64,000 nt of DNA, from NCBI GenBank assembly GCA_002794035.1, contig PCXQ01000004.1:17842-81841 (forward strand), given 5' to 3'. Position 1 is the first letter of the stretch, and each line of letters starts with the position of its first letter. Shown piece after piece: positions 8,959-18,499 of this stretch. The notes beneath the pieces are model-generated. The model was not told where the DNA came from and ran no database searches. It saw only the letters and a program-made list of their open reading frames with translations. This stretch comes from Candidatus Yanofskybacteria bacterium CG10_big_fil_rev_8_21_14_0_10_36_16 (GTDB taxonomy: Bacteria > Patescibacteriota > Minisyncoccia > 2-02-FULL-40-12 > IGHO2-01-FULL-4-A). A program made the position numbers and the translations under genes.

Positions 8959-10410
8959 TTATTTTAATTTTTGAATTGCTTTATTGATTCTTTTGATTAC
9001 TTCTTCTTGACCAAGCACAACTGCAATATCAACCGGGTCGGGCGAACCTTTTTGGCCTGAAAGGGATACTCTAAATGGCCAGTATACCAGTCCTCTGTCT
9101 GGCTTTGCATCAGGGTCAGTCTTAAGCTTTGAAGCAAGATCGTCTAGTTTTTCTCTGAGTGTGTCTGGTGCGCCTACGCCAATTTCGGTTACTAACTCTT
9201 TTACCATCTCAAGTGTTTTTTGTATATCTATCGTCTCATATTTTTTCCACATCAATAGATCTTTTTCATATTCCGGGTCTTTAAAGAAGAATAAAAATTC
9301 TTTAATATCAGATAATTTTTCCATTCTTTCTTTAATCATTGGTAGAATTTTTTTTATTGTATTCTCTTTGTTGCTTAATACTTGATACCTACTACTTAAT
9401 ACTAAAATCTTAGTGATTAATTCTTCGTCACTAAGATTTTTAATGTATTGGGAGTTAATCCAATTTAATTTATCTAAATTAAATACAGCCCCTGATTTAT
9501 GTACGTTTTTTAAATCAAAGTTTTTAATTATTTCATCCTTGTCCATTATTTCTTTTTCAGAATCTTTTGGAGTCCATCCCAAAAATGCCATGTAATTAAA
9601 CATTGCTTCTGGTAAATAACCTTCCTCATTGTATTCTGTTATGGATGTTGCCCCATGCCTTTTTGACATTTTTGATTTGTCTGAACCTAGAATAAGTGGA
9701 AGGTGGGCGTACTCTGGCATAACTTGTCCTAAGGGATTCGAAGGATTGTGAAATCCCAAAGCTTTCCCAATTAAAATTTGTTTCGGGGTATTGGGGATGT
9801 GGTCTTCACCTCTTATCACATGGCTAATTTTTGTTTCGTGATCATCTACCACGACTGCAAAATTATATAATGGAGTTTTTTCATTTTTGGCTATACTTAA
9901 GTCCCCTAGTAGTTTTTCTTCAAATTCTATTTCACCCCTGATAATATCATTAAATTTAATTTTCTCATCTGATTTTTCATCAACATTTAACCTTATTATT
10001 CCCCCTTCTTTATTTTGGGGAATTTTATATTTGTGGTCGCATATATGGCGCGGTGCTAATTTGTTTGCCATTTGCTCTTTCTGTTCTTGTTCTAATTCTT
10101 CTTTTGTATGATAGCACCAAAAAGCTTTGCCATCATTAAGTAATTTTTGGATATATTTTTCATAAATATCCATGCGCTCGCTTTGTTTGTAAAATTCATC
10201 CCACTCAAGCCCGAGCCATTTTAAGCCATCTAAAATATCTTTTTCGTATTTTGGATCAGAGCGTTCAAGATCGGTGTCTTCTATTCTTAAGACGAATGTG
10301 CCTTTTTTGTGTTTTGCAAAAAGCCAATTAAAAAGAGCAGTACGTGCGGTACCTATATGTAGGTTTCCCGTTGGACTAGGAGCTATTCTAACTCGTATTT
10401 CTTTTGACAT
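8959..10410 (-). CDS. gltX: glutamate--tRNA ligase
   Basis: RIAPSPTG.LHIG, RIEDTD, IRGEDH, KMSKR. Confidence 0.97.
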   Translation of the reverse strand: MSKEIRVRIAPSPTGNLHIGTARTALFNWLFAKHKKGTFVLRIEDTDLERSDPKYEKDILDGLKWLGLEWDEFYKQSERMDIYEKYIQKLLNDGKAFWCYHTKEELEQEQKEQMANKLAPRHICDHKYKIPQNKEGGIIRLNVDEKSDEKIKFNDIIRGEIEFEEKLLGDLSIAKNEKTPLYNFAVVVDDHETKISHVIRGEDHIPNTPKQILIGKALGFHNPSNPLGQVMPEYAHLPLILGSDKSKMSKRHGATSITEYNEEGYLPEAMFNYMAFLGWTPKDSEKEIMDKDEIIKNFDLKNVHKSGAVFNLDKLNWINSQYIKNLSDEELITKILVLSSRYQVLSNKENTIKKILPMIKERMEKLSDIKEFLFFFKDPEYEKDLLMWKKYETIDIQKTLEMVKELVTEIGVGAPDTLREKLDDLASKLKTDPDAKPDRGLVYWPFRVSLSGQKGSPDPVDIAVVLGQEEVIKRINKAIQKLK

Positions 10411-10471
10411 AAAAATTAATTAATTGTTATTATATGGCTAGTTTTTTGATTTTTAAAAATATCGGTGTGCT

Positions 10472-11035
10472 ATGTTTATAGTTCTGGGCCTGCTTTTAAT
10501 GTGTGTTGTTTTATATATATCCGAGATTGCTTATAGGTTTATTTTTAGCATAATATTTAATTATAAGTTGTATATGTCATTGCCGTGTTATTATTTGCTT
10601 GATTGTTGGCCTGATATGCCAGAATGGCTTGGAAAATATAGAAAAACTTTAGTATTTCAGGATTTTGTGCCCTTTTTTTATGCATCTGCCTGGGTTATTA
10701 AGCCAAATCTTATTTACATAGGTTTAGACATAAGGGGGTTTGATATAGACAGATCCTCAGAAAAAAATTTGCGGATGTTTATTGTTTTACATGAATTAGG
10801 ACATATCATATTGCAGAGTAATTATTTCACCTTTGCTCCATTTATTAAACGGCATGTTGGGCACGAGATTGAAGCCGACAGGTTTGCTTCTGTTTTTATC
10901 GGCAAAAATAATGTTAGGAACTTTTTAGAAAAATTGGAACTTTTTTTAATTAAAAATTCTGCAGATTCTGTTGAAATGAAAATTAGGATACTAGCTCTTG
11001 ATATGCCCACTCTTTTTTACCGGTATGCTAATTAG
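10472..11035 (+). CDS. putative zinc metalloprotease (HEXXH...EXXAD)
   Basis: LHELGH and EIEADRFA; N-terminal TM. Confidence 0.6.
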   Translation: MFIVLGLLLMCVVLYISEIAYRFIFSIIFNYKLYMSLPCYYLLDCWPDMPEWLGKYRKTLVFQDFVPFFYASAWVIKPNLIYIGLDIRGFDIDRSSEKNLRMFIVLHELGHIILQSNYFTFAPFIKRHVGHEIEADRFASVFIGKNNVRNFLEKLELFLIKNSADSVEMKIRILALDMPTLFYRYAN

Positions 11036-11105
11036 CTGCCGGTTTTTTAATTTTATCATATTTTCAATTGAAAAAAAGCTTGACCTGACGTATTCTAAAA
11101 TTGAA

Positions 11106-13085
11106 ATGTATATAATAGATATTATTCCTTTAGCCTTTATTCCACGCAATCAGGCGCAGATTTTAAGTTATTTTCATAAAGAACCCCTTAATCGCGGTGC
11201 GGTTGTCGAGGTTTTACTTGGTAGAAGAAAAATAAAAGGCGTGGTCGCAGGTTTTGATACTGTAAAAAATAGAAAATTCGCTTTTAGGAAAAGTGTAGAT
11301 TTTAGCTTAAAAAACATCGGTACGGTAATCGAGCCAGAACCCAGCGTTACCGAAGGGCAGTTTAAAATGGCAAAATATATTTCAGATTATTATTATGCTC
11401 CTCTCGGTGTTTGTTTAAAAACCGTTTTGCCTCCATTTTGGGGAAAGAAAAATTATAAATTGGAAATCGTAAATCATGAAAATGAAAGTTTAAAATTCAT
11501 GAATCCTAATTCTAGATTCATAAAAACAAATTTAAAAAAACACTACCTTGATTATGAAGATGATCTTAAAAAAACACTTAAGCAAGGGCATCAAGTTTTT
11601 CTAATGGTTGCAGAACAAACAGCAGGTAAATATTTTTTAGATAAATATAAAAAATTAAACCCTATTTACATATCGAGTAATCTTTCTAGCAAAAATCATT
11701 ATGAACTATGGCAAAGCGTTCAATCAGGAAAATCACAATTAATTATAGGTACTCGCATTGGTTTATTTTTGCCTTTTAACGATTTAAAATTAATTATTGT
11801 TGATGATGAAAGCCACGAATTTTATAAATCTGACATGATGCCAAGATATAATGGAGCAATGGTTGCCGAGTTTTTAGCAGGCTTATTCGGGGCCAACATC
11901 ATTAAAAGTGCTATTGTCCCAAGGGTGGAAAATTATGAATCAAAAATTAATGATATTAAATTAAATTCATTAAAAACCAAAACAATTATTGCTGATATGG
12001 TGCACGAGATTAAATCAGGCAACTTTTCTATATTTAGCAGAGATTTGAAAGAAGAAATGATGGACAGTGTTTCTAGGGGCGAAAATATTATTTTATATAT
12101 TCCTCGTAGGGGCTATTCTAATTTCTTGTATTGTGAAAAATGTTCGCATATTGTTAAGTGTCCCAACTGTACAGCATCTCTAATTTTACACAAACAAATT
12201 GTTGGTGGAGAAATCATAGATTCTTTATGGTGCCATAAATGCGGTTATAAAACCCCAAAGCTAAAAAGCTGTAATAATTGCGGAAGTTATAAATTGAAGC
12301 CTCACGGAGCGGGTGTTGAAAGAGTGGTTAGTGATATAAAAAAGTTTTTTGATTATCAAAACTTAACAGTTCCTCCAATTTTTTGCCTTGATAGTGATAC
12401 AACAAAAAATGATGACAAAAAAGAACTGGAAATAATCGATAATTTTTTCGCCGGAAGTAGATCTGCCCATGAAGGGAAAAAAGAAAAAGGCTCAATTCTT
12501 GTTGCTACACAGGTTTTGTTTAGTCATAAATATTACCTAGATAAAATAGCATTGGCAGGAATAATTAATGCTGATACACTGATAAATATACCAGATTTTA
12601 GAGCAGAAGAATCTCTTTTTAGACAAATATATACATTAAAAAATTTAACTCCAAAATTGATTGTACAAACGCATAACCCTGAAAATCCAACATTAAAATA
12701 CATTATGGATGGCGATATGTCGGGATTTATAAAGGAAGAGTTTGAGAATAGAAAGGTTTTCAGTTATCCCCCGTTTTCTCAGATTGTAAAGCTAACTTTT
12801 AAACATAGAGATAGAAACAAGGCAAGAAGCGAGTCCTATGTTTTGGCTGAAAAATTTAAGCAAATAATGAGACGCGAACAATACCCCGCGATAATCAGTG
12901 GGCCCTCCCCTGCTTTTATTAGCAGAGAGAGAGGTATGTATGTTTGGAATATTATATTGAAAATTAAAAACCCGCCTAAAATTTCCGATTTTGAAAAAAT
13001 TAAGCGGGTAAGAGAACGCAACGAATTTTTGCGACTGGTTCCTAATGGATGGCTTGTTGAAGCAGATCCGACAAGCACAATTTAA
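11106..13085 (+). CDS. priA: primosomal protein N' with degenerate helicase motifs
   Basis: N-terminal 3'-binding domain, IIGTR, DDESH..YKS..PRY, four CxxC pairs, PDFRAEE, YPPF, EADP. Confidence 0.9.
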   Translation: MYIIDIIPLAFIPRNQAQILSYFHKEPLNRGAVVEVLLGRRKIKGVVAGFDTVKNRKFAFRKSVDFSLKNIGTVIEPEPSVTEGQFKMAKYISDYYYAPLGVCLKTVLPPFWGKKNYKLEIVNHENESLKFMNPNSRFIKTNLKKHYLDYEDDLKKTLKQGHQVFLMVAEQTAGKYFLDKYKKLNPIYISSNLSSKNHYELWQSVQSGKSQLIIGTRIGLFLPFNDLKLIIVDDESHEFYKSDMMPRYNGAMVAEFLAGLFGANIIKSAIVPRVENYESKINDIKLNSLKTKTIIADMVHEIKSGNFSIFSRDLKEEMMDSVSRGENIILYIPRRGYSNFLYCEKCSHIVKCPNCTASLILHKQIVGGEIIDSLWCHKCGYKTPKLKSCNNCGSYKLKPHGAGVERVVSDIKKFFDYQNLTVPPIFCLDSDTTKNDDKKELEIIDNFFAGSRSAHEGKKEKGSILVATQVLFSHKYYLDKIALAGIINADTLINIPDFRAEESLFRQIYTLKNLTPKLIVQTHNPENPTLKYIMDGDMSGFIKEEFENRKVFSYPPFSQIVKLTFKHRDRNKARSESYVLAEKFKQIMRREQYPAIISGPSPAFISRERGMYVWNIILKIKNPPKISDFEKIKRVRERNEFLRLVPNGWLVEADPTSTI

Positions 13086-13126
13086 TTTTAGGATAAATAT
13101 AGAGCAGATCCAATTATTTTTTAAAA

Positions 13127-13573
13127 ATGAAAATTACAAAAGAGCCTAATAAAATATTGCATAAAAAATTGGCTAAAGTCAAAACAATAACTCCTGAAAT
13201 AAAAGAGTTGATTTTAGATATGAAAAAAACAATGGTTGAAGCAGTCGGCGTTGGTTTAGCGGCAAATCAGGTAGGCAAAGATCTTCAGATTTTTGTAATT
13301 GATGAGGCGCTGGCAAAAGAAAATGAAGTTTCCGATGTTTACATAAATCCGGAAATAACAGAGTTTTCAAAAGACACAGGAGTAATGGAGGAGGGGTGTT
13401 TAAGTATCCCCGAGTACTGGGTTGATATTAAGCGTTCAAAAAAAGTAAAAATTAAATTCATGGATGAAAATGGAAATAAACAAAAAATAAAAGCACGAGG
13501 ATTTCTCGCGCGAGTTTTGCAACATGAGTATGACCATCTTCAGGGAGCTTTAATAAAGGACAGAGCTAAATAA
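13127..13573 (+). CDS. def: peptide deformylase
   Basis: GVGLAANQVG, EGCLS, QHEYDHL. Confidence 0.97.
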   Translation: MKITKEPNKILHKKLAKVKTITPEIKELILDMKKTMVEAVGVGLAANQVGKDLQIFVIDEALAKENEVSDVYINPEITEFSKDTGVMEEGCLSIPEYWVDIKRSKKVKIKFMDENGNKQKIKARGFLARVLQHEYDHLQGALIKDRAK

Positions 13574-13607
13574 AAGGGCACCGCCATTATTGCGGTGCCA
13601 AAATTGT

Positions 13608-13820
13608 TTAATTCATATCGTCTAGAACGAATATCATTGCTACGCCAACCATTAAGCGCGTATCATCATCCATTTTTTTTGTTTGTCGTTGAACTTTTTC
13701 TGGATTCTCTTTAAAATCGCTGTGGCTTTTGATTCCCGCCCTATTTAAGATTTTGCGAGCTTTACCAATATATCTTTCTTGTTCCACAGGAGTTAGTTCG
13801 GACCATTTTTCAAGGTTCAT
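13608..13820 (-). CDS. orphan hypothetical protein, antisense between def and fmt
   Basis: AAGGAGGG SD; TTGACT-17-TAATTT; shared hairpin at 13578-13599. Confidence 0.6.
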   Translation of the reverse strand: MNLEKWSELTPVEQERYIGKARKILNRAGIKSHSDFKENPEKVQRQTKKMDDDTRLMVGVAMIFVLDDMN

Positions 13821-13874
13821 TTTATTCCCTCCTTTTATTCCGGAATATGTTATTTATAAAATTACCACTAAATT

Positions 13875-14828
13875 ATGGATAAGTCAAATATAAAATTAAT
13901 ATTTTTTGGAACTAATGAATTCGCGGTTCCTGTATTAGAGGCTCTTGTGAAAGAGGGTTATGATATTGTCGGTGTAATTACAGAACCAAATAAACCTGTA
14001 GGCAGAAATCAAACCCTTACTCCCCCACCTGTGAAACTCAAGGCACAAAATGAAAAATTAAAAGTATTTCAACCAAAAAATAAATTAGAAATCAAGAATT
14101 TAATATCGGAGCTTCCTGCATCCACAGATGTCGGTGTGGTTGTTTATTATGGCAAAATCATTCCTCAAGAAATGGTAGACTTCCCTAAACGAGGATTGTT
14201 GAATATTCATCCGTCTTTATTGCCAAAATATCGAGGCGCTTCCCCTATTCAGACAGCTATTTTAAATGGTGATGTTGAAACGGGTGTTACCATTATGAAA
14301 ATAGATGATCTAATGGACCATGGAGAAATAATAACAAGTGTTGATTATCAAGTATCAAGCAAAGATTACCACTTTAAAATTTATGAGGATTTAACTGAGT
14401 TGGGCACAAAGCTTTTAATAAAAATTTTACCGGAGTATTTAAGCGAGGGCATAAAATTAATTCCTCAAAAGCATGATAAGGCAACTTATACAAAAAAATT
14501 TAAATTAGAGGACGGAGAAATAAAACCAGACGATAAAGCAAAAGATGCTTACAATAAAATTAGGGCTTTTAATCCGGAACCGGGTGCTTATTGGAAATTA
14601 TCAAATAATAAAATACTAAAAATATTAGAAGCTACCTTAGATTTGGAAACTAATATTAACAAAACGGGGCTAACCAGAATAAACAAAAATCCCCTCAGTA
14701 GCACTCAGGGCAGGCCTGCTCTAGCTTTAAAAGGAGGGGTGTTGATCTTAGACAAGGTTAAACCAGAAAGTAAAAAAGCAATGTCCGGTAAAGATTTTAT
14801 GAATGGACATGCGCAACTATTTAAATAA
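13875..14828 (+). CDS. fmt: methionyl-tRNA formyltransferase
   Basis: FFGT..FA, NIHPSLLPKYRGASPI, ETGVTIM, IRAFNP.PGA. Confidence 0.96.
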   Translation: MDKSNIKLIFFGTNEFAVPVLEALVKEGYDIVGVITEPNKPVGRNQTLTPPPVKLKAQNEKLKVFQPKNKLEIKNLISELPASTDVGVVVYYGKIIPQEMVDFPKRGLLNIHPSLLPKYRGASPIQTAILNGDVETGVTIMKIDDLMDHGEIITSVDYQVSSKDYHFKIYEDLTELGTKLLIKILPEYLSEGIKLIPQKHDKATYTKKFKLEDGEIKPDDKAKDAYNKIRAFNPEPGAYWKLSNNKILKILEATLDLETNINKTGLTRINKNPLSSTQGRPALALKGGVLILDKVKPESKKAMSGKDFMNGHAQLFK

Positions 14829-14836
14829 AAAACATT

Positions 14837-15085
14837 TTATTTATCTAACGCTTTGTCTATTTTTTCTATTATTTTATCTAACTGGATAAAATGCGATATT
14901 TTTTTGCCAAGCAATTGTTTTAATAGTCGGCGGGACCTTTTTTTACCAAAAACCCATACAAAACCCACGACTGCAAGCCATGATCCGGGTGTGAAAGGGG
15001 TTGCAAACGCCAAAATCCCAATAAATATTAAAAGTATGCCAAAGAAAAAATGCAGGTCATATTTTTTTTTAAATAAAAAAACCAT
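14837..15085 (-). CDS. small membrane protein (PGPGW-like)
   Basis: Two TM segments flanking TPFTPGSW. Confidence 0.55.
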   Translation of the reverse strand: MVFLFKKKYDLHFFFGILLIFIGILAFATPFTPGSWLAVVGFVWVFGKKRSRRLLKQLLGKKISHFIQLDKIIEKIDKALDK

Positions 15086-15122
15086 ACTTTTATTTTAACC
15101 TATAATGAATTATTATTAAACT

Positions 15123-15842
15123 ATGAGTGATAATACAATGTTAAGTGTAAAAAAATTGTCAGTTTCTTTTGGAAAGAGCGTAATTTTAAACGAACTTTCT
15201 TTTGACGTCTTTAAGGGTGAGGCCATGGCAATTATTGGACCGAACGGTTCGGGCAAAAGCGTCTTGTTGAGGACACTTTTGGGGCTTGTCCATCACAAAG
15301 GAGAAATTATATGGGCGCCAAATATTAAGATAGGATATGTGCCTCAGCGTTTAGATATTGAAGAGGAGTTTCCATTAACAGTTAAAGAATTTTTACAGTT
15401 TAAGGCAGGTAATTACGCTGAAATTATAGAGGTATTAGAAAAAGTGGGAATCAAAACAGGTGAAACACATGAACATCATCTCGAGCATCACATATTAAAC
15501 CAGCGTTTAGGCGTGCTTTCCGGAGGAGAATTCCAAAGGGTAATTATTGCAAGGGCATTAATTGGCAGACCTGATGTTTTGCTTTTTGATGAACCAACAT
15601 CTGGCGTTGATATTTCCGGAGAACAAACAATTTATAATTTGTTATTTAGACTACAAAAAGAAATTGGATTAACTGTAATACTTGTATCGCATGATTTAAA
15701 TGTTGTTTATAAATATGCGAATAATGTTTTGTGTCTTAATAAAGAACAGGTTTGCTTTGGTCGCCCAGATGTTGTGTTAACTCCTGAAGAATTAAAATCA
15801 CTATATGGAGGTGGTGCAGAGTTTTATAAGCACTCTCATTAG
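15123..15842 (+). CDS. Zn/Mn ABC transporter ATP-binding protein (ZnuC-like)
   Basis: GPNGSGKS, IGYVPQ, LSGGEFQRV, DEPT, SHDL; His-rich insert. Confidence 0.9.
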   Translation: MSDNTMLSVKKLSVSFGKSVILNELSFDVFKGEAMAIIGPNGSGKSVLLRTLLGLVHHKGEIIWAPNIKIGYVPQRLDIEEEFPLTVKEFLQFKAGNYAEIIEVLEKVGIKTGETHEHHLEHHILNQRLGVLSGGEFQRVIIARALIGRPDVLLFDEPTSGVDISGEQTIYNLLFRLQKEIGLTVILVSHDLNVVYKYANNVLCLNKEQVCFGRPDVVLTPEELKSLYGGGAEFYKHSH

Positions 15843-15851
15843 TGTAAAAAA

Positions 15852-16610
15852 ATGGATTATTTACCATTAATAACTGCTATATTTGTAGGAGCTTCAGCCG
15901 GTTATCTAGGCTCTTTTATGGTTCTTCGTCAGATGGCGCTTGTTGGTGATGCTCTTTCCCATGTGGCCTTACCGGGCGTTGCATTGGGTTTGGTCTTTAA
16001 TTTTAATCCTATTTTGGGTGCTTTTGGCGCACTTTTTGGAGGAATATTGATAGTTTGGTTTTTAGAATATAGAACCAAGATATCAACAGAAGCTTTAATA
16101 GGCCTTATTTTTACAGTAAGTTTATCGGTGGGATTGTTAATAACACCTGATGAAGAACTTCTTGAGGCGCTTTTTGGAGACATTTCAGCCATAACGTTAA
16201 TAGATGGTATTTTGGCAATATTATTATCTGTGTCGGTTATTTTAATAATGAGAGGATTGGCAAATAAATTTATTTTGTCCACGATCTCGGATGAATTGGC
16301 TCGTGCCGAAAAAATAAAGACTGCAAAATTAAATTTTGTTTACCTTGTATTGGTTGCGGTTATTGTTGCTCTAGGAATTAAAACCGTAGGCACCTTGCTT
16401 ATGGGTGCCTTAGTTATAATTCCGGCTATTGCTTCTAGGAATATCTCAAAAGGACTTTTGTCTTATATTAAAAACTCAGCCGCCATTGGCGCATTAAGCG
16501 GAGGGTTGGGTATATTTTTAGCAAACTCTTATTCTTTGGCGCCCGGCCCTGTTGTGGTTCTTGTCAGCGCAAGCATTTTTTTGGTAACTCTATTTTTTAA
16601 GAAGTCTTGA
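15852..16610 (+). CDS. Zn/Mn ABC transporter permease (ZnuB-like)
   Basis: GDALSHVALPG, LFGDI, VGTLLMGALVIIP. Confidence 0.9.
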   Translation: MDYLPLITAIFVGASAGYLGSFMVLRQMALVGDALSHVALPGVALGLVFNFNPILGAFGALFGGILIVWFLEYRTKISTEALIGLIFTVSLSVGLLITPDEELLEALFGDISAITLIDGILAILLSVSVILIMRGLANKFILSTISDELARAEKIKTAKLNFVYLVLVAVIVALGIKTVGTLLMGALVIIPAIASRNISKGLLSYIKNSAAIGALSGGLGIFLANSYSLAPGPVVVLVSASIFLVTLFFKKS

Positions 16611-16635
16611 CGTTTACTGTTTTATTTGATATAAT
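16607..16635 (+). promoter_or_regulatory. sigma70 promoter of the GC-rich orphan gene
   Basis: TTGACG-17 nt-TATAAT. Confidence 0.8.
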
Positions 16636-16718
16636 TAAATAAGTAAGGTGGTTTGCGTGTTCTCTTTGGTTTTAAGACGGAACTCAAATATGCCGAATCC
16701 GTCGGCTAGGAGGACACC

Positions 16719-17117
16719 ATGAGCTGGATCAATCCCGCCAACGCCCAACCCACTGGATATAACCCCAAGGCGAGAGTCTCCGGGTTCATTCAGAAGTTCG
16801 GGCAACTCGGTGAGGTTGCTCTTGGGGCTTGGAACGCAGTGGACCCGCTTCGCTGCTGTCATTGCCCCGACGAATATCTTGGCTATGCCAGGCGATTCGT
16901 TGAAGGTGTCGTTAGGGTCATCCCTAGCGAGTGGCCGAACCACCCCGACCTTGTGGAGGAGCTCGTGCGTAGAAGCTTCTATCCAACCCAGGTTGTCAAC
17001 CACACCGGACTTGGTCATCCGTGGGTAACTGCGGAAGACATTAAGTCCATCGCCCAGCACATCGCTGGGAGAGTGGAACAACTAGGAGGGATGGAGGATC
17101 TCTTGCCAGAGAGCTAA
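16719..17117 (+). CDS. GC-rich orphan hypothetical protein
   Basis: AGGAGG SD, upstream promoter, downstream hairpin with T run (about 17132-17169). Confidence 0.7.
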   Translation: MSWINPANAQPTGYNPKARVSGFIQKFGQLGEVALGAWNAVDPLRCCHCPDEYLGYARRFVEGVVRVIPSEWPNHPDLVEELVRRSFYPTQVVNHTGLGHPWVTAEDIKSIAQHIAGRVEQLGGMEDLLPES

Positions 17118-17268
17118 ACCCACGGGTCAAGACCGCTTAGTAGCTAACGCGAACGGCGGTTTTTCTTTTGCCTACGCATCACAAATTTTGCGAGGTTATA
17201 TAATCCGAATTAAAGTTTGTATGACTACACAAAAAAGATGTTTTATGCTAGTATGTATTAATAAATTT

Positions 17269-17838
17269 ATGATCGGTGTTAATGAATTAAAATCAAAGGT
17301 TTACTTTATTTTTGACGGACAGCCGTGGGTGGTTTTGGAGTCCAATCATCTTAAAATGCAACAAAGACGCCCGGTAGTTCAGACTCGTATTCAAAACCTT
17401 TTAAACGGTAAAATAATTGAGAGAAATTTTCAGCAATCAGATACTTTTGAGGTGGCTGATGTTAGCAAAAAGACAGTAAAATTCATTTATGAACATAGGG
17501 GTGAATACTGGTTTTCTGATTCTAAAAATCCATCTGACAGATTTCAATTAAGCAAGGAGATTTTGGGAGATAGTGCAAAATTCTTAAAGCCTAACCTTGA
17601 GATTGACGCAGTAATGTTTAATGATGATGTTATAAATATAGAATTGCCTGTTAAGATTGAATATAAAGTTAAAGAAGCTCCACCAGCTGTAAAGGGAGAT
17701 ACTGCCCAAGGCGGGGTTAAACAAATAACACTTGAGGGCGGTGCTGTAATAAGCGCTCCCCTTTTTATTAATGCAGGAGACATAGTAAGAGTTAATACAG
17801 AGACTGGACAATATGTAGAGAGGGTAGATAAAAAATAA
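17269..17838 (+). CDS. efp: translation elongation factor P
   Basis: PPAVKGDTA, K..TLE.G..I.APLFI..GD.V.VNT.TG.Y..R. Confidence 0.95.
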   Translation: MIGVNELKSKVYFIFDGQPWVVLESNHLKMQQRRPVVQTRIQNLLNGKIIERNFQQSDTFEVADVSKKTVKFIYEHRGEYWFSDSKNPSDRFQLSKEILGDSAKFLKPNLEIDAVMFNDDVINIELPVKIEYKVKEAPPAVKGDTAQGGVKQITLEGGAVISAPLFINAGDIVRVNTETGQYVERVDKK

Positions 17839-17858
17839 TTTTATAATTACTTTATTTA

Positions 17859-17884
17859 AAAAACTCGCACTTGCGAGTTTTTTT
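17859..17884. terminator. bidirectional terminator
   Basis: AAAAACTCGCA-ct-TGCGAGTTTTT. Confidence 0.8.
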
Positions 17885-17901
17885 ATTCGATTATTTTTTA
17901 A

Positions 17902-18480
17902 TTAATCGTCTTTTCTTTTTTGGCGCAATGTTAATGCTGTAACAACAGGAAGTACGGCCCACCAAAATCTTGCTAAATCTCCTGCAAAATAAGTTTTTAA
18001 TTTTGCTAGTTGAGGTGCTAACTCATCTGGCAAATATGAAAACGCTACGCTTGTCAAAAACCCAAACTTTATCAACGCTATTAAAAGCAAGGGGCCTAGA
18101 GTAAATTCTTTTAGTGTAAATCGGGTTTTTAGAGAAGAGAAACTTAAAATAGAGAATGTTAGGAAGTAAAGCACAAAAAATAATATTAGATGTACCATGT
18201 ATGATTCAAGACCGCCGGTAAAAGATTTTACGTAATCAAAATAAGGGAAAAGCGGTTCAATAAAAGCAGCTAAATATAAGCTTATAAGGCTTAAAAAAAG
18301 TCTAGATTTTCCATAACTGAATCCTGATAAAAATATTACAAATATAACAAAAAATGCCATCCACCACTCCCAGCTTATTTCAGAAAATTTAAAACCGCCA
18401 AAACCGTCTAATAGGCCGTTGAAAACGCTAGAGAAATTAGCAAGCGTAGATATGAAACTGTTAAATATATTGTTTAACAA
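17902..18480 (-). CDS. hypothetical integral membrane protein
   Basis: About 5 hydrophobic segments; last gene of the glycan cluster. Confidence 0.65.
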   Translation of the reverse strand: MLNNIFNSFISTLANFSSVFNGLLDGFGGFKFSEISWEWWMAFFVIFVIFLSGFSYGKSRLFLSLISLYLAAFIEPLFPYFDYVKSFTGGLESYMVHLILFFVLYFLTFSILSFSSLKTRFTLKEFTLGPLLLIALIKFGFLTSVAFSYLPDELAPQLAKLKTYFAGDLARFWWAVLPVVTALTLRQKRKDD

Positions 18481-18499
18481 AATTATTTATAATTTTATA

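Noticed and set aside
16635-17081. 148-aa minus-strand ORF in the GC-rich island
   Set aside because: Promoter, SD and terminator all support the + strand ORF; long antisense frames are expected at high GC.
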